A stretch of 64,000 nt of DNA from the human T2T-CHM13v2.0 reference genome, Homo sapiens (GCF_009914755.1 NC_060948.1); one strand, 5' to 3'; shown: positions 1 to 14,100, counted from the first letter of the stretch. Numbers and translations: made by a program. Notes: generated by a model not told the origin, from the letters alone.

Positions 1-7
1 CTGGAAT

Positions 8-22
8 GGAACTTTCTTGAAT
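8..22. promoter_or_regulatory. Perfect heat-shock-element motif (HSE-3), gGAAc tTTCt tGAAt; recurs in every unit (19 copies)
   Basis: Exact match to the HSF1 consensus nGAAnnTTCnnGAAn. Motif match only; binding is not shown. Confidence 0.5.
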
Positions 23-2260
23 GTACTGGAATCAAACGGAATGGAATGCAATGCAATCAAATGGCATGGAATAAAATAGAATGAAAGAGAATCAAACGGA
101 ATTGAATCGAATGGAATCGAATGGATTGGAAAGGAATAGAATGGAATGGAATGGAATTGACTCAAATGGAATGGACTAGAATGGAATGGATTCGAATGGA
201 AGGCAAAGGAATGGAATCTATTGGAATGGACTGTAATGGAATGGAATGTAAGGGATTGGAATGGACTCAAATGGAATGGACTGCAATAGAAAGGATTCGA
301 ATGGAATGAAAAAGAATTGAATGGAATAAAACAGAATGGAATCAAATCGAATGAAATGGAATGGAATAGAAAGGAATGGAAAGGATTCGAATGGAATGCA
401 ATCGAATGGAATGCAATCGAATGGAATGGAATCGAACGGAATGGAATAAAATGGAAGAAAACTGGCAAGAAATGGAATCGAAATGAATGGAGTGTTATGG
501 AACGGACTCAAAAGGAATTGAATGTAATAGAATGGAGTGGAGTGGACTCGAATATAATGGACTGGAATGGAATGAAATCACATGGAATGGGAACGAATGG
601 AATGGAATGGAAAGGAATGGAATCGAATGGAAAGGAATCGAATGGAAGGGAATGAAATTGAATCAACAGGAATGGAAGGGAGTAGAATAGACGGTAATGG
701 AATGGACTCGAATAGAATGGACACGAATGCTCAAATTGAATGGACTCGAATGGAATGGAAACGAAAGGAATGTCATCGAATGGAATTGAATCGATTGGAA
801 TGAAATCACATAGAATGGAGTGGAATCAAATAGAATTGAATCGAAAGGAAAGGAAGCGAATGGACTGAAATGAAATGGAATGGAATTGAATGGAAATTAA
901 TGCAATGGAATAGAATGGAACGAAACTTCACGGAATGGAATCAAACTGAATGGAATCAAATCAATGGAATATAATCAAATGGAATGGAAAGGAATTGAAT
1001 GGAGTAGATTGGATTGGATGGGATTGGAATGAAATGCACTGGAAAGGACTCGAATTTCATGAAACGGAATGGAATGAATTGGAACGGAATGGACTCGAAT
1101 GGAATGGAATGTCACGGAATGGCATCAAATGGAATGGCATCAAATGGAATGGAATAGAATGCAATGGATTGCTATGGAATGGAATGGAATGCATTGGAAT
1201 GGAATGTCCTCTAATGGAATGGATTCGAGTGGAATGGAATCGAATATAATGGAGTCGAATGAAATGGAATTGAAAGGAATGGGATCGAATACCATGTAAT
1301 ATACTGGAATGTAATGTAATGAACTCGAATGTAATTGACTGGAATGGAATGTACATGAATGGAATGTAATCGAATGGAAAGTAATCCAATGGAATAGAAT
1401 CTAATGCAATAAAATCGACTCAAATAGAATAGAATGTAATGGAATGGAGTGCAGTGCAATGGAATGGAATGGAATGGAATGCAATGGAATGGAATGGAAT
1501 GGAATGGAATGGAATGGAATGGGATGGAATGGTATGGAATGGATAGTAATGGACTGGAGTGAAATGGACTGGAAAAGAATGGACTCAAATTGAAAGGGCT
1601 CGAAAGGAATGGAGTCAAATGGAATGGTCTGGAATGGAATGAATACGAATGTAATGCAATCCAATAGAATGGAATCGAATGGCATGGAATATAAAGAATT
1701 GGAATCGAAGAGAATGGAAACAAATGGAATGGAATTGAATGGAATGGAATTGAATGGAATGGGAACGAATGGAGTGAAATTGTATGCAGTAGAAGAGAAT
1801 AGAATGGAATGCAAGCGAAAGGAAAGGAATGGATTGGAATGGAATGGAATTCATTGGAATGGAAGGGAATGTAGTGTAATGGACAGGCCTGGAATAAAGT
1901 GGAATGCTACGGTCTCGAATGGAATAAAAATGTATGGAATAGAATGCAATGAAACGGAATCGAATGTCATAGAATGTAATGGAATGCAAAAAAATGGACT
2001 CCAAAATCATTGACTGGAAAGGCTGGGTGTCGAAAGGAATTGCCTCCAATGGAATGGAATCGAATGGAATGGAAGTGAATAGAATGGAACTAAATCGAAT
2101 GGAATGGAATTGATAGGAACGGAATGGAAAGGAATGCAATGATTTGGCATGGAATGGAATCGAATGGCATCGAATGGAATGGAATGGAATGCAATTGAAT
2201 GGAATGTATTAGAATGTAATGAACTTTAATGTAATGTACTCGAATGGATTCGACTGGAAT

Positions 2261-2275
2261 GGAATGTTCTCGAAG
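2261..2275. promoter_or_regulatory. Perfect heat-shock-element motif (HSE-1), gGAAt gTTCt c/gGAAg; recurs in all 18 units
   Basis: Exact consensus match here and at e.g. 5809-5823 and 9333-9347. Motif match only. Confidence 0.5.
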
Positions 2276-2525
2276 TGAATGGACTCCAATGGAATGGATT
2301 CGAAAGGAATGGAATCTAATGGAATGGAATTAAATGGAAATGAATCAAATTGAATAGAACGGAATTGAATGGAATGGAATCGAATGCAATGGAATCTAAT
2401 GAAACGGAAAGGAAAGGAATGGAATGGAATGGAATGGGCTGGAATTGAATGGAATCGAAACGAATGGAATGGAGTCGAACTGAAGAGACTGAAATGGAAT
2501 GCACTGGAATGGAAGGGAGTGTAAT

Positions 2526-2540
2526 GGAAGGTTCTCGAAA
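2526..2540. promoter_or_regulatory. Perfect heat-shock-element motif (HSE-2), gGAAg gTTCt cGAAa; intact in 15 of 18 units
   Basis: Exact consensus match; mutated to gGAAg gATCt cGAAa in the three subtype-B units. Motif match only. Confidence 0.5.
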
Positions 2541-4099
2541 AAAATGGAATCGAAAGGAATGGAATTGAATGGAACGGAATAGAGTCGAATGGAATTCAAT
2601 GGAATGGAATGGACTAGAGTGAAATGGAATCGAACCACAAGGAATGGACAGGAACAGAATGGTCTCGAATTGAATGGAATCGTATGGAATGGCATCAAAC
2701 GGAATGGAATGGACAGCCACGGAATGGAATGCACTTGAATGCAATGGAGTCGACACTAATGGACTGGAATAGAATGGACTCGACTGGTACGGACTCCAAT
2801 GGAATGGAATCGAATGGAAGGGAATGGAACGGAATGGACTCGAAGGGAAAAGACTGCAATGGAAAGGTCTCGAATGGAATGGAAATTAATGGAATGGAAT
2901 GGAATCGAATGAAATTGAGTCAAAAGGAATGGAATCGAATGGCAAGAAATCGAATGTAATGGAATCGCAAGGAATTGATGTGAACGGAACGGAATCGAAT
3001 GGAATCCAAAGGAATGGAATAGAATGGAATGGAATCGAATGGAAAGGACTCGAATGGAAATCACTCGAATAGAATGCAATTTAATAAAATAGGATCAAAT
3101 GTAATGGAATGGAATGGAAAGGAATCGAAACGAAAGGAATGGAGACAGATGGAATGGAATGGAACAGAGAGCAATGGTATAGAATGGAATGGAATCATCT
3201 GGAATGGAATTGAATGGAATGGAATAATATGAAATGGAATGGAATGGAATGGAATGCCCTTGAATTAAATGGACTGGAATGGAATGGACTCAAACAGAGT
3301 GGAATGGAAAGTGTTGAAATAGAATGGAATGGACTCGTTTGGAATGGTCTAGTATGCAATGCAATCGACTGGCAGGGAATCAAGAGGAATGTAATCGAAT
3401 GGATTGGACTGGAATGCAATGGACTCGAATAGATTGGAAACGGAATGCAAAGGAATGGAATGGAATAGTATGGAATGGAATGGAAAGGAATGGAGTAGAA
3501 TAGACTAGAGTGGAATGGAATGGACTCGAAAGCAATGGACTGGAATGGAACTTTCTTGAATGGACTGGAATCAAACGGAATGGAATGCAATGCAATCAAA
3601 TGGCATGGAATAAAATAGAATGAAAGAGAATCAAATGGAATTGAATCGAATGGAATCGAATGGATTGGAAAGGAATAGAATGGAATGGAATGGAATTGAC
3701 TCAAATGCAATGGACTAGAATGGAATGGATTCGAATGGAAGGCAAAGGAATGGAATCTATTGGAATGGACTGTAATGGAATGGAATGGAAGGGATTGGAA
3801 TGGACTCGAATGGAATGGACTGTAATAGAAAGGATTCGAATGGAATGAAAAAGAATTGAATGGAATAGAACAGAATGGAATCAAATCGAATGAAATGGAA
3901 TGGAAGAGAAAGGAATGGAATGAAATGGAATGGAAAGGATTCGAATGGAATGCAATCGAATGGAATGCAATCGAATGGAATGGAATCGAACGGAATGGAA
4001 TAAAATGGAAGAAAACTGGCAAGAAATGGAATCGAAATGAATGGAGTGTTATGGAACGGACTCAAAAGGAATTGAATGTAATAGAATGGAGTGGAGTGG

Positions 4100-7000
4100 A
4101 CTCGAATATAATGGACTGGAATGGAATGAAATCACATGGAATGGGAACGAATGGAATGGAATGGAAAGGAATGGAATGGAAAGGAATGGAATCGAATGGA
4201 AAGGAATCGAATGGAAGGGAATGAAATTGAATCAACAGGAATGGAAGGAAGTAGAATAGACGGTAATGGAATGGACTCGAATAGAATGGACACGAATGCT
4301 CAAATTGAATGGACTCGAATGGAATGGAAACGAAAGGAATGTCGTCGAATGGAATTGAATCGATTGGAATGAAATCGCATAGAATGGAGTGGAATCAAAT
4401 GGAATTGAATCGAAAGGAAAGGAAGCGAATGGTCTGAAATGAAATGGAATGGAATTGAATGGAAAGTAATGCAAGGGAATAGAATGGAACGAAATTTCAC
4501 GGAATGGAATCAAACTGAATGGAATCAAATCAATGGAATATAATCAAATGGCATGGAAAGGAATTGAATGGAGTAGATTGGATTGGATGGGATTGGAATG
4601 AAATGTACTGGAAAGGACTCGAATTTCATGAAATGGAATGGAATGAACTGGAACGGAATGGACTCGAATGGAATGGAATGTCATGGAATGGCATCAAATG
4701 GAATGGCATCAAATGGAATGGAATCGAATGCAATGGAATGTTATGGAATGGAATGGAATGCATTGGAATGGAATGTCCCCTAATGGAATGGATTCGAGTG
4801 GAATGGAATCGAATATAATGGAGTCGAATGAAATGGAATTGAAAGGAAAGGGATCGAATACAATGGAATATACTGGAATGTAATGTAATGAACTCGAATG
4901 TAATTGACTAGAATGGAATGTACATGAATGGAATGTAATCGAATGGAAAATAATCTCATGGAATAGAATCTAATGCAATAAAATCGACTCAAATAGAATA
5001 GAATGGAATGGAATGGAGTGCAGTGCAATGGAATGGAATGGAATGGAATGCAATGGAATGGAATGGAATGGGATGGAATGGTATGGGATGGATAGAAATG
5101 GACTGGAGTGAAATGGACTGGAAAGTAATGGACTCAAATTGAAAGAGCTCGAAAGAATGGAGTCAAATGGAATGGTCTGGAATGGAATGAACACGAATGT
5201 AATGCAATCCAATAGAAAGGAATCGAATGGCATGGAATATAAAGAAATGGAATCGAAGAGAATGGAAACGAATGGAATGGAATTGAATGGAATGGAATTG
5301 AATGGAATGGGAACGAATGGAGTGAAATTGTATGCAGTAGAAGAGAATAGAATGGAATGCAAGCGAAATTAAAGGAATGGATTGGAATGGAATGGAATTC
5401 ATTGGAATGGAAGGGAATGTATTGCAATGGACAGGCCTTTAATAAAGTGGAATGCTACGGTCTCGAATGGAATAAAAATGTATGGAATGGAATTCAATGA
5501 AACGGAATCGAATGTCATAGAATGTAATGGAATGCAAAAAAATGGAATCCAAAATCATTGACTGGAAAGGCTGGGTGTCGAAAGGAATTGACTCCAATGG
5601 AATGAAATCGAATGGAATGGAAGTGAATAGAATCGAAGTAAATCGAATGGAATGGAATTGTTAGGAACGGAATGGAAAGGAGTGCAATGATTTGGCATGG
5701 AATGGAATCGAATGGCATTGAATGAAGTGGAATGGAATGCAATGGAATGGAATGTATTAGAATGTAATGAACATTAATGGAATGTACTCGAATGGATTCG
5801 ACTGGAATGGAATGTTCTGGAAGTGAATGGACTCCAATGGAATGGATTCGAAAGGAATGGAAACTAATGGAATGGAATTAAATGGAAACGAATCAAATTG
5901 AATAGCACGGAATTGAATTGAATGGAATCGAATGCAATGGAATCTAATGAAATGGAAAGGAAAGGAATGGAATGGAATGGAATGGGCTGGAGTTGAATGG
6001 AATCGATACGAATGGAATGGAATAGAACTGAAGAGACTGGAATGGAATTCACTGGAATGGAAGGGAGTGTAATGGAAGGATCTCGAAAAAAATGGAATCG
6101 AATGGAATGGAATTGAATGGAACGGAATAGAGTCGAATGGAATTCAATGGAATTGAATGGACTAGAGTGAAATGGAATCGAACCACAAGGAATGGAGAGG
6201 AATAGAATGGTCTCGAATTGAATGGAATCGTATGGAATGACATCAAACGGAATGGAATGGACAGCCACGGAATGGAATGCACTCGAATGCAATGGAGTCG
6301 AAACTAATGGACTGGAATAGAATGGACTCGACTGGTACGGACTCCAATGGAATGGAATCGAAAGGAAGGGAATCGAACGGAATGGACTCGAAGGGAAAAG
6401 ACTGCAATGGAAAGGTCTCGAATGGAATGGAAATTAATGGAATGGAATGGAATCGAATGAAATGGAGTCAAAAGGAATGGAATCGAATGGCAAGAAATCG
6501 AATGTAATGGAATCGCAAGGAATTGATGTGAACGGAACGGAATGGAATGGAATCCAAAGGAATGGAATAGAATGGAATGGAATCGAATGGAAAGGACTCG
6601 AATGGAAATCACTCGAATAGAATGCAATTTAATAAAATAGGATCAAATGTAATGGAATGGAATGGAAAGGAATCGAAACGAAAGGAATGGAGACAGATGG
6701 AATGGAATGGAACAGAGAGCAATGGTATAGAATGGAATGGAATCATCTGGAATGGAATTGAATGGAATGGAATAACATGAAATGGAATGGAATGGAATGG
6801 AATGCCCTTGAATTAAATGGACTGGAATGGAATGGACTCGAACAGAGTGTAATGGAAAGTGTTGAAATAGAATGGAATGGACTCCTTTGGAATGGTCTAG
6901 TATGCAATGCAATCGACTGGCAGGGAATCAAAAGGAATGTAATCGAATGGATTGGACTGGAATGCAATGGACTCGAATAGATTGGAAACGGAATGCAAAG

Positions 7001-7200
7001 GAATGGAATGGAATAGTATGGAATGGAATGGAAAGGAATGGAGTGGAATAGACTAGAGTGGAATGGAATGGACTGGAAAGCAATGGACTGGAATGGAACT
7101 TTCTTGAATGGACTGGAATCAAACGGAATGGAATGCAATGCAATCAAATGGCATGGAATAAAATGGAATGAAAGGGAATCAAATGGAATTGAATCGAATG
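4100..7200. repeat. Divergent unit subtype B, copy 1 (other copies ~11250-14300 and ~53750-56850)
   Basis: Diagnostics gtcgtcgaat (4341), ggtctgaaat (4431), tgtcccctaa (~4774), taatctcatg (4951), 1-bp deletion gaaagaatgg (5151), aggccttt (5433), ggaaggatct (6074) and extra EcoRI sites (5490, 6045, 6140). Confidence 0.85.
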
Positions 7201-10200
7201 GAATCGAATGGATTGGAAAGGAATAGAATGGAATGGAATGGAATTGACTCAAATGGAATGGACTAGAATGGAATGGATTCGAATGGAAGGCAAAGGAATG
7301 GAATCTATTGGAATGGACTGTAATGGAATGGAATGGAAGGGATTGGAATGGACTCGAATGGAATGGACTGCAATAGAAAGGATTCGAATGGAATGAAAAA
7401 GAATTGAATGGAATAGAACAGAATGGAATCAAATAGAATGAAATGGAATGGAATAGAAAGGAATGGAATGAAATGGAATGGAAAGGATTCGAATGGAATG
7501 CAATCGAATGGAATGGAATCGAACGGAATGGAATAAAATGGAAGAAAACTGGCAAGAAATGGAATCGAAATGAATGGAGTGTTATGGAACGGACTCAAAA
7601 GGAATTGAATGTAATAGAATGGAGTGGAGTGGACTCGAATATAATGGACTGGAATGGAATGAAATCACATGGAATGGGAACGAATGGAATGGAATGGAAA
7701 GGAATGGAATCGAATGGAAAGGAATCGAATGGAAGGGAATGAAATTGAATCAACAGGAATGGAAGGGAATAGAATAGACGGTAATGGAATGGACTCGAAT
7801 AGAATGGACACGAATGCTCAAATTGAATGGACTCGAATGGAATGGAAACGAAAGGAATGTCATCGAATGGAATTGAATCGATTGGAATGAAATCGCATAG
7901 AATGGAGTGGAATCAAATGGAATTGAATCGAAAGGAAAGGAAGCGAATGGACTGAAATGAAATGGAATGGAATTGAATGGAAAGTAATGCAATGGAATAG
8001 AATGGAACGAAATTTCACGGAATGGAATCAAATCAATGGAATCAAATCAAATGGAATGGAAAGGAATAGAATGGAGTAGATTGGATTGGATGGGATTGGA
8101 ATGAAATGTACTGGAAAGGACTCGAATTTCATGAAACGGAATGGAATGAATTGGAACGGAATGGACTCGAATGGAATGGAATGTCATGGAATGGCATCAA
8201 ATGGAATGGCATCAAATGGATTGGAATCGAATGCAATGGAATGCTATGGAATGGAATGGAATGCATTGGAATGGAATGTCCTCTAATGGAATGGATTCGA
8301 GTGGAATGGAATCGAATATAATGGAGTCGAATGAAATGGAATTGAAAGGAATGGGATCGAATACAATGGAATATACTGGAATGTAATGTAATGAACTCGA
8401 ATGTAATTGACTGGAATGGAATGTACATGAATGGAATGTAATCGAATGGAAAGTAATCCAATGGAATAGAATCTAATGCAATAAAATCGACTCAGATAGA
8501 GTAGAATGTAATGGAATGGAGTGCAGTGCAATGGAATGGAATGGAATGGAATGCAATGGAATGGAATGGAATGGAATGGAATGGGATGGAATGGGATGGA
8601 ATGGTATGGAATGGATAGTAATGGACTGGAGTGAAATGGACTGGAAAGGAATGGACTCAAATTGAAAGGGCTCGAAAGGAATGGAGTCAAATGGAATGGT
8701 CTGGAATGGAATGAACACGAATGTAATGCAATCCAATAGAATGGAATCGAATGGCATGGAATATAAAGAAATGGAATCGAAGAGAATGGAAACAAATGGA
8801 ATGGAATTGAATGGAATGGAATTGAATGGAATGGGAACGAATGGAGTGAAATTGTATGCAGTAGAAGGGAATAGAATGGAATGCAAGCGAAAGGAAAGGA
8901 ATGGATTGGAATGGAATGGAATTCATTGGAATGGAAGGGAATGTAGTGTAATGGACAGGCCTGGAATAAAGTGGAATGCTACGGTCTCGAATGGAATAAA
9001 AATGTATGGAATGGAATGCAATGAAACGGAATCGAATGTCATAGAATGTAATGGAATGCAAAAAAATGGAATCCAAAATCATTGACTGGAAAGGCTGGGT
9101 GTCGAAAGGAATTGACTCCAATGGAATGGAATCAAATGGAATGGAAGTGAATAGAATCGAACTAAATCGAATGGAATGGAATTGATAGGAACGGAATGGA
9201 AAGGAATGCAATGATTTGGCATGGAATGGAATCGAATGGCATCGAATGGAATGGAATGGAATGCAATGGAATGGAATGTATTAGAATGTAATGAACTTTA
9301 ATGGAATGTACTCGAATGGATTCGACTGGAATGGAATGTTCTGGAAGTGAATGGACTCCAATGGAATGGATTCAAAAGGAATGGAATCGTACGGAATGGA
9401 ATCTAATGGAATGGAATTAAATGGAAAAGAATCAAATTGAATAGCACGGAATTGAATTGAATGGAATCGAATGCAATGGAATCTAATGAAACGGAAAGGA
9501 AAGGAATGGAATGGAATGGAATGGGCTGGAATGGAAAGGAATCGAAACGAATGGAATGGAATCGAACTGAAGAGACTGGAATGGAATGCACTGGAATGGA
9601 AGGGAGTGTAATGGAAGGTTCTCGAAAAAAATGGAATCGAATGGAATGGAATTGAATGGAACGGAATAGAGTCGAATGGAATTGAATGGAATGGAATGGA
9701 CTAGAGTGAAATGGAATCGAACCACAAGGAATGGACAGGAATAGAATGGTCTCGAATTGAATGGAATCGTATGGAATGGCATCAAACGGAAAGGAATGGA
9801 CAGCCACGGAATGGAATGCACTCGAATGCAATGGAGTCGAAACTAATGGACTGGAATAGAATGGACTCGACTGGTACGGACTCCAATGGAATGGAATCGA
9901 AAGGAAGGGAATCGAACGGAATGGACTCGAAGGGAAAAGACTGCAATGGAAAGGTCTCGAATGGAATGGAAATTAATGGAATGGAATGGAATCGAATGAA
10001 ATGGAGTCAAAAGGAATGGAATCGAATGGCAAGAAATCGAATGTAATGGATTCGCAAGGAATTGATGTGAACGGAACGGAATGGAATGGAATCCAAAGGA
10101 ATGGAATAGAATGGAATGGAATCGAATGGAAAGGACTCGAATGGAAATCACTGGAATAGAATGCAATTTAATAAAATAGGATGAAATGTAATGGAATGGA

Positions 10201-11199
10201 ATGGAAAGGAATCGAAACGAAAGGAATGGAGACAGATGGAATGGAATGGTACAGAGAGCAATGGTATAGAATGGAATGGAATCATCTGGAATGGAATTGA
10301 ATGGAATGGAATAATATGAAATGGAATGGAATGGAATGGAATGGAATGTAATGGAATGGAATGGAATGCCCTTGAATTAAATGGACTGGAATGGAATGGA
10401 CTCCAACAGAGTGAAATGGAAAGTGTTGAGATAGAATGGAATGGACTCCTTTGGAATGGTGTAGTATGCAATGCAATCGACTGGCAGGGAAGCAAAAGGA
10501 ATGTAATCAAATGGATTGGACTGGAATGCAATGGACTCGAATAGATTGGAAACGGAATGCAAAGGAATGGAATGGAATAGTATGGAATGGAATGGAAAGG
10601 AATGGAGTGGAATAGACTAGAGTGGAATGGAATGGACTGGAAAGCAATGGACTGGAATGGAACTTTCTTGAATGGACTGGAATCAAACGGAATGGAATGC
10701 AATGCAATCAAATGGCATGGAATAAAATAGAATGAAAGAGAATCAAATGGAATTGAATCGAATAGAATCGAATGGATTGGAAAGGATTAGAATGGAATGG
10801 AATGGAATTGACTCAAATGGAATGGACTAGAATGGAATGGATTCGAATGGAAGGCAAAGGAATGGAATCTATTGGAATGGACTGTAATGGAATGGAATGG
10901 AAGGGATTGGAATGGACTCGAATGGAATGGACTGCAATAGAAAGGATTCGAATGGAATGAAAAAGAATTGAATGGAATAGAACAGATTGGAATCAAATCG
11001 AATGAAATGGAATGGAATAGAAAGGAATGGAATGAAATGGAATGGAAAGGATTCGAATGGAATGCAATCGAATGGAATGGAATCGAACGGAATGGAATAA
11101 AATGGAAGAAAACTGGCAAGAAATGGAATCGAAATGAATGGAGTGTTATGGAACGGACTCAAAAGGAATTGAATGTAATAGAATGGAGTGGAGTGGACT

Positions 11200-14100
11200 C
11201 GAATATAATGGACTGGAATGGAATGAAATCACATGGAATGGGAAAGAATGGAATGGAATGGAAAGGAATGGAATGGAAAGGAATGGAATCGAATGGAAAG
11301 GAATCGAATGGAAGGGAATGAAATTGAATCAACAGGAATGGAAGGAAGTAGAATAGACGGTAATGGAATGGACTCGAATAGAATGGACACGAATGCTCAA
11401 ATTGAATGGACTCGAATGGAATGGAAACGAAAGGAATGTCGTCGAATGGAATTGAATCGATTGGAATGAAATCGCATAGAATGGAGTGGAATCAAATGGA
11501 ATTGAATCGAAAGGAAAGGAAGCGAATGGTCTGAAATGAAATGGAATGGAATTGAATGGAAAGTAATGCAAGGGAATAGAATGGAACGAAATTTCACGGA
11601 ATGGAATCAAACTGAATGGAATCAAATCAATGGAATATAATCAAATGGCATGGAAAGGAATTGAATGGAGTAGATTGGATTGGATGGGATTGGAATGAAA
11701 TGTACTGGAAAGGACTCGAATTTCATGAAATGGAATGGAATGAACTGGAACGGAATGGACTCGAATGGAATGGAATGTCATGGAATGGCATCAAATGGAA
11801 TGGCATCAAATGGAATGGAATCGAATGCAATGGAATGTTATGGAATGGAATGGAATGCATTGGAATGGAATGTCCCCTAATGGAATGGATTCGAGTGGAA
11901 TGGAATCGAATATAATGGAGTCGAATGAAATGGAATTGAAAGGAAAGGGATCGAATACAATGGAATATACTGGAATGTAATGTAATGAACTCGAATGTAA
12001 TTGACTAGAATGGAATGTACATGAATGGAATGTAATCGAATGGAAAATAATCTCATGGAATAGAATCTAATGCAATAAAATCGACTCAAATAGAATAGAA
12101 TGGAATGGAATGGAGTGCAGTGCAATGGAATGGAATGGAATGGAATGCAATGGAATGGAATGGAATGGGATGGAATGGTATGGGATGGATAGAAATGGAC
12201 TGGAGTGAAATGGACTGGAAAGTAATGGACTCAAATTGAAAGAGCTCGAAAGAATGGAGTCAAATGGAATGGTCTGGAATGGAATGAACACGAATGTAAT
12301 GCAATCCAATAGAATGGAATCGAATGGCATGGAATATAAAGAAATGGAATCGAAGAGAATGGAAACGAATGGAATGGAATTGAATGGAATGGAATTGAAT
12401 GGAATGGGAACGAATGGAGTGAAATTGTATGCAGTAGAAGAGAATAGAATGGAATGCAAGCGAAATTAAAGGAATGGATTGGAATGGAATGGAATTCATT
12501 GGAATGGAAGGGAATGTATTGCAATGGACAGGCCTTTAATAAAGTGGAATGCTACGGTCTCGAATGGAATAAAAATGTATGGAATGGAATTCAATGAAAC
12601 GGAATCGAATGTCATAGAATGTAATGGAATGCAAAAAAATGGAATCCAAAATCATTGACTGGAAAGGCTGGGTGTCGAAAGGAATTGACTCCAATGGAAT
12701 GAAATCGAATGGAATGGAAGTGAATAGAATCGAAGTAAATCGAATGGAATGGAATTGTTAGGAACGGAATGGAAAGGAGTGCAATGATTTGGCATGGAAT
12801 GGAATCGAATGGCATTGAATGAAGTGGAATGGAATGCAATGGAATGGAATGTATTAGAATGTAATGAACATTAATGGAATGTACTCGAATGGATTCGACT
12901 GGAATGGAATGTTCTGGAAGTGAATGGACTCCAATGGAATGGATTCGAAAGGAATGGAAACTAATGGAATGGAATTAAATGGAAACGAATCAAATTGAAT
13001 AGCACGGAATTGAATTGAATGGAATCGAATGCAATGGAATCTAATGAAATGGAAAGGAAAGGAATGGAATGGAATGGAATGGGCTGGAGTTGAATGGAAT
13101 CGATACGAATGGAATGGAATAGAACTGAAGAGACTGGAATGGAATTCACTGGAATGGAAGGGAGTGTAATGGAAGGATCTCGAAAAAAATGGAATCGAAT
13201 GGAATGGAATTGAATGGAACGGAATAGAGTCGAATGGAATTCAATGGAATTGAATGGACTAGAGTGAAATGGAATCGAACCACAAGGAATGGAGAGGAAT
13301 AGAATGGTCTCGAATTGAATGGAATCGTATGGAATGACATCAAACGGAATGGAATGGACAGCCACGGAATGGAATGCACTCGAATGCAATGGAGTCGAAA
13401 CTAATGGACTGGAATAGAATGGACTCGACTGGTACGGACTCCAATGGAATGGAATCGAAAGGAAGGGAATCGAACGGAATGGACTCGAAGGGAAAAGACT
13501 GCAATGGAAAGGTCTCGAATGGAATGGAAATTAACGGAATGGAATGGAATCGAATGAAATGGAGTCAAAAGGAATGGAATCGAATGGCAAGAAATCGAAT
13601 GTAATGGAATCGCAAGGAATTGATGTGAACGGAACGGAATGGAATGGAATCCAAAGGAATGGAATAGAATGGAATGGAATCGAATGGAAAGGACTCGAAT
13701 GGAAATCACTCGAATAGAATGCAATTTAATAAAATAGGATCAAATGTAATGGAATGGAATGGAAAGGAATCGAAACGAAAGGAATGGAGACAGATGGAAT
13801 GGAATGGAACAGAGAGCAATGGTATAGAATGGAATGGAATCATCTGGAATGGAATTGAATGGAATGGAATAACATGAAATGGAATGGAATGGAATGGAAT
13901 GCCCTTGAATTAAATGGACTGGAATGGAATGGACTCGAACAGAGTGTAATGGAAAGTGTTGAAATAGAATGGAATGGACTCCTTTGGAATGGTCTAGTAT
14001 GCAATGCAATCGACTGGCAGGGAATCAAAAGGAATGTAATCGAATGGATTGGACTGGAATGCAATGGACTCGAATAGATTGGAAACGGAATGCAAAGGAA

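Larger units (their letters stand above)
650..3600. repeat. Unit subtype A, copy 1 (boundaries approximate)
   Basis: Diagnostic variants aatcacatag (~805), gtcacggaat (1111), accatgtaat (1291), tgcctccaat (2041), cgacactaat (2751), ggactcgttt (3331) and caagaggaat (3381). As a full set they recur only at ~50300-53250. Confidence 0.8.
1886..5433. repeat. Representative complete unit (HaeIII to HaeIII, 3548 bp)
   Basis: Landmarks recur once per unit in fixed order: acaggcct, aaggctgggtgtcg, ggacagccacgg, ctggtacggactcc, gcccttgaattaa, ggaactttcttga, gaagaaaactggcaag, gacacgaatgctcaaa, gtgcagtgca. Confidence 0.95.

Noticed and set aside
1051-1065. Possible fourth HSE (cgaat ttcat gaaac)
   Set aside because: The spacing between GAA and TTC is 1 bp rather than 2, so it is not a canonical HSE.
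1891-1932. Multiple AATAAA polyadenylation-like hexamers per unit on the + strand
   Set aside because: They arise easily from GGAAT by G>A changes (ggaat aaaat). I see no GU-rich downstream element and have no transcript evidence.
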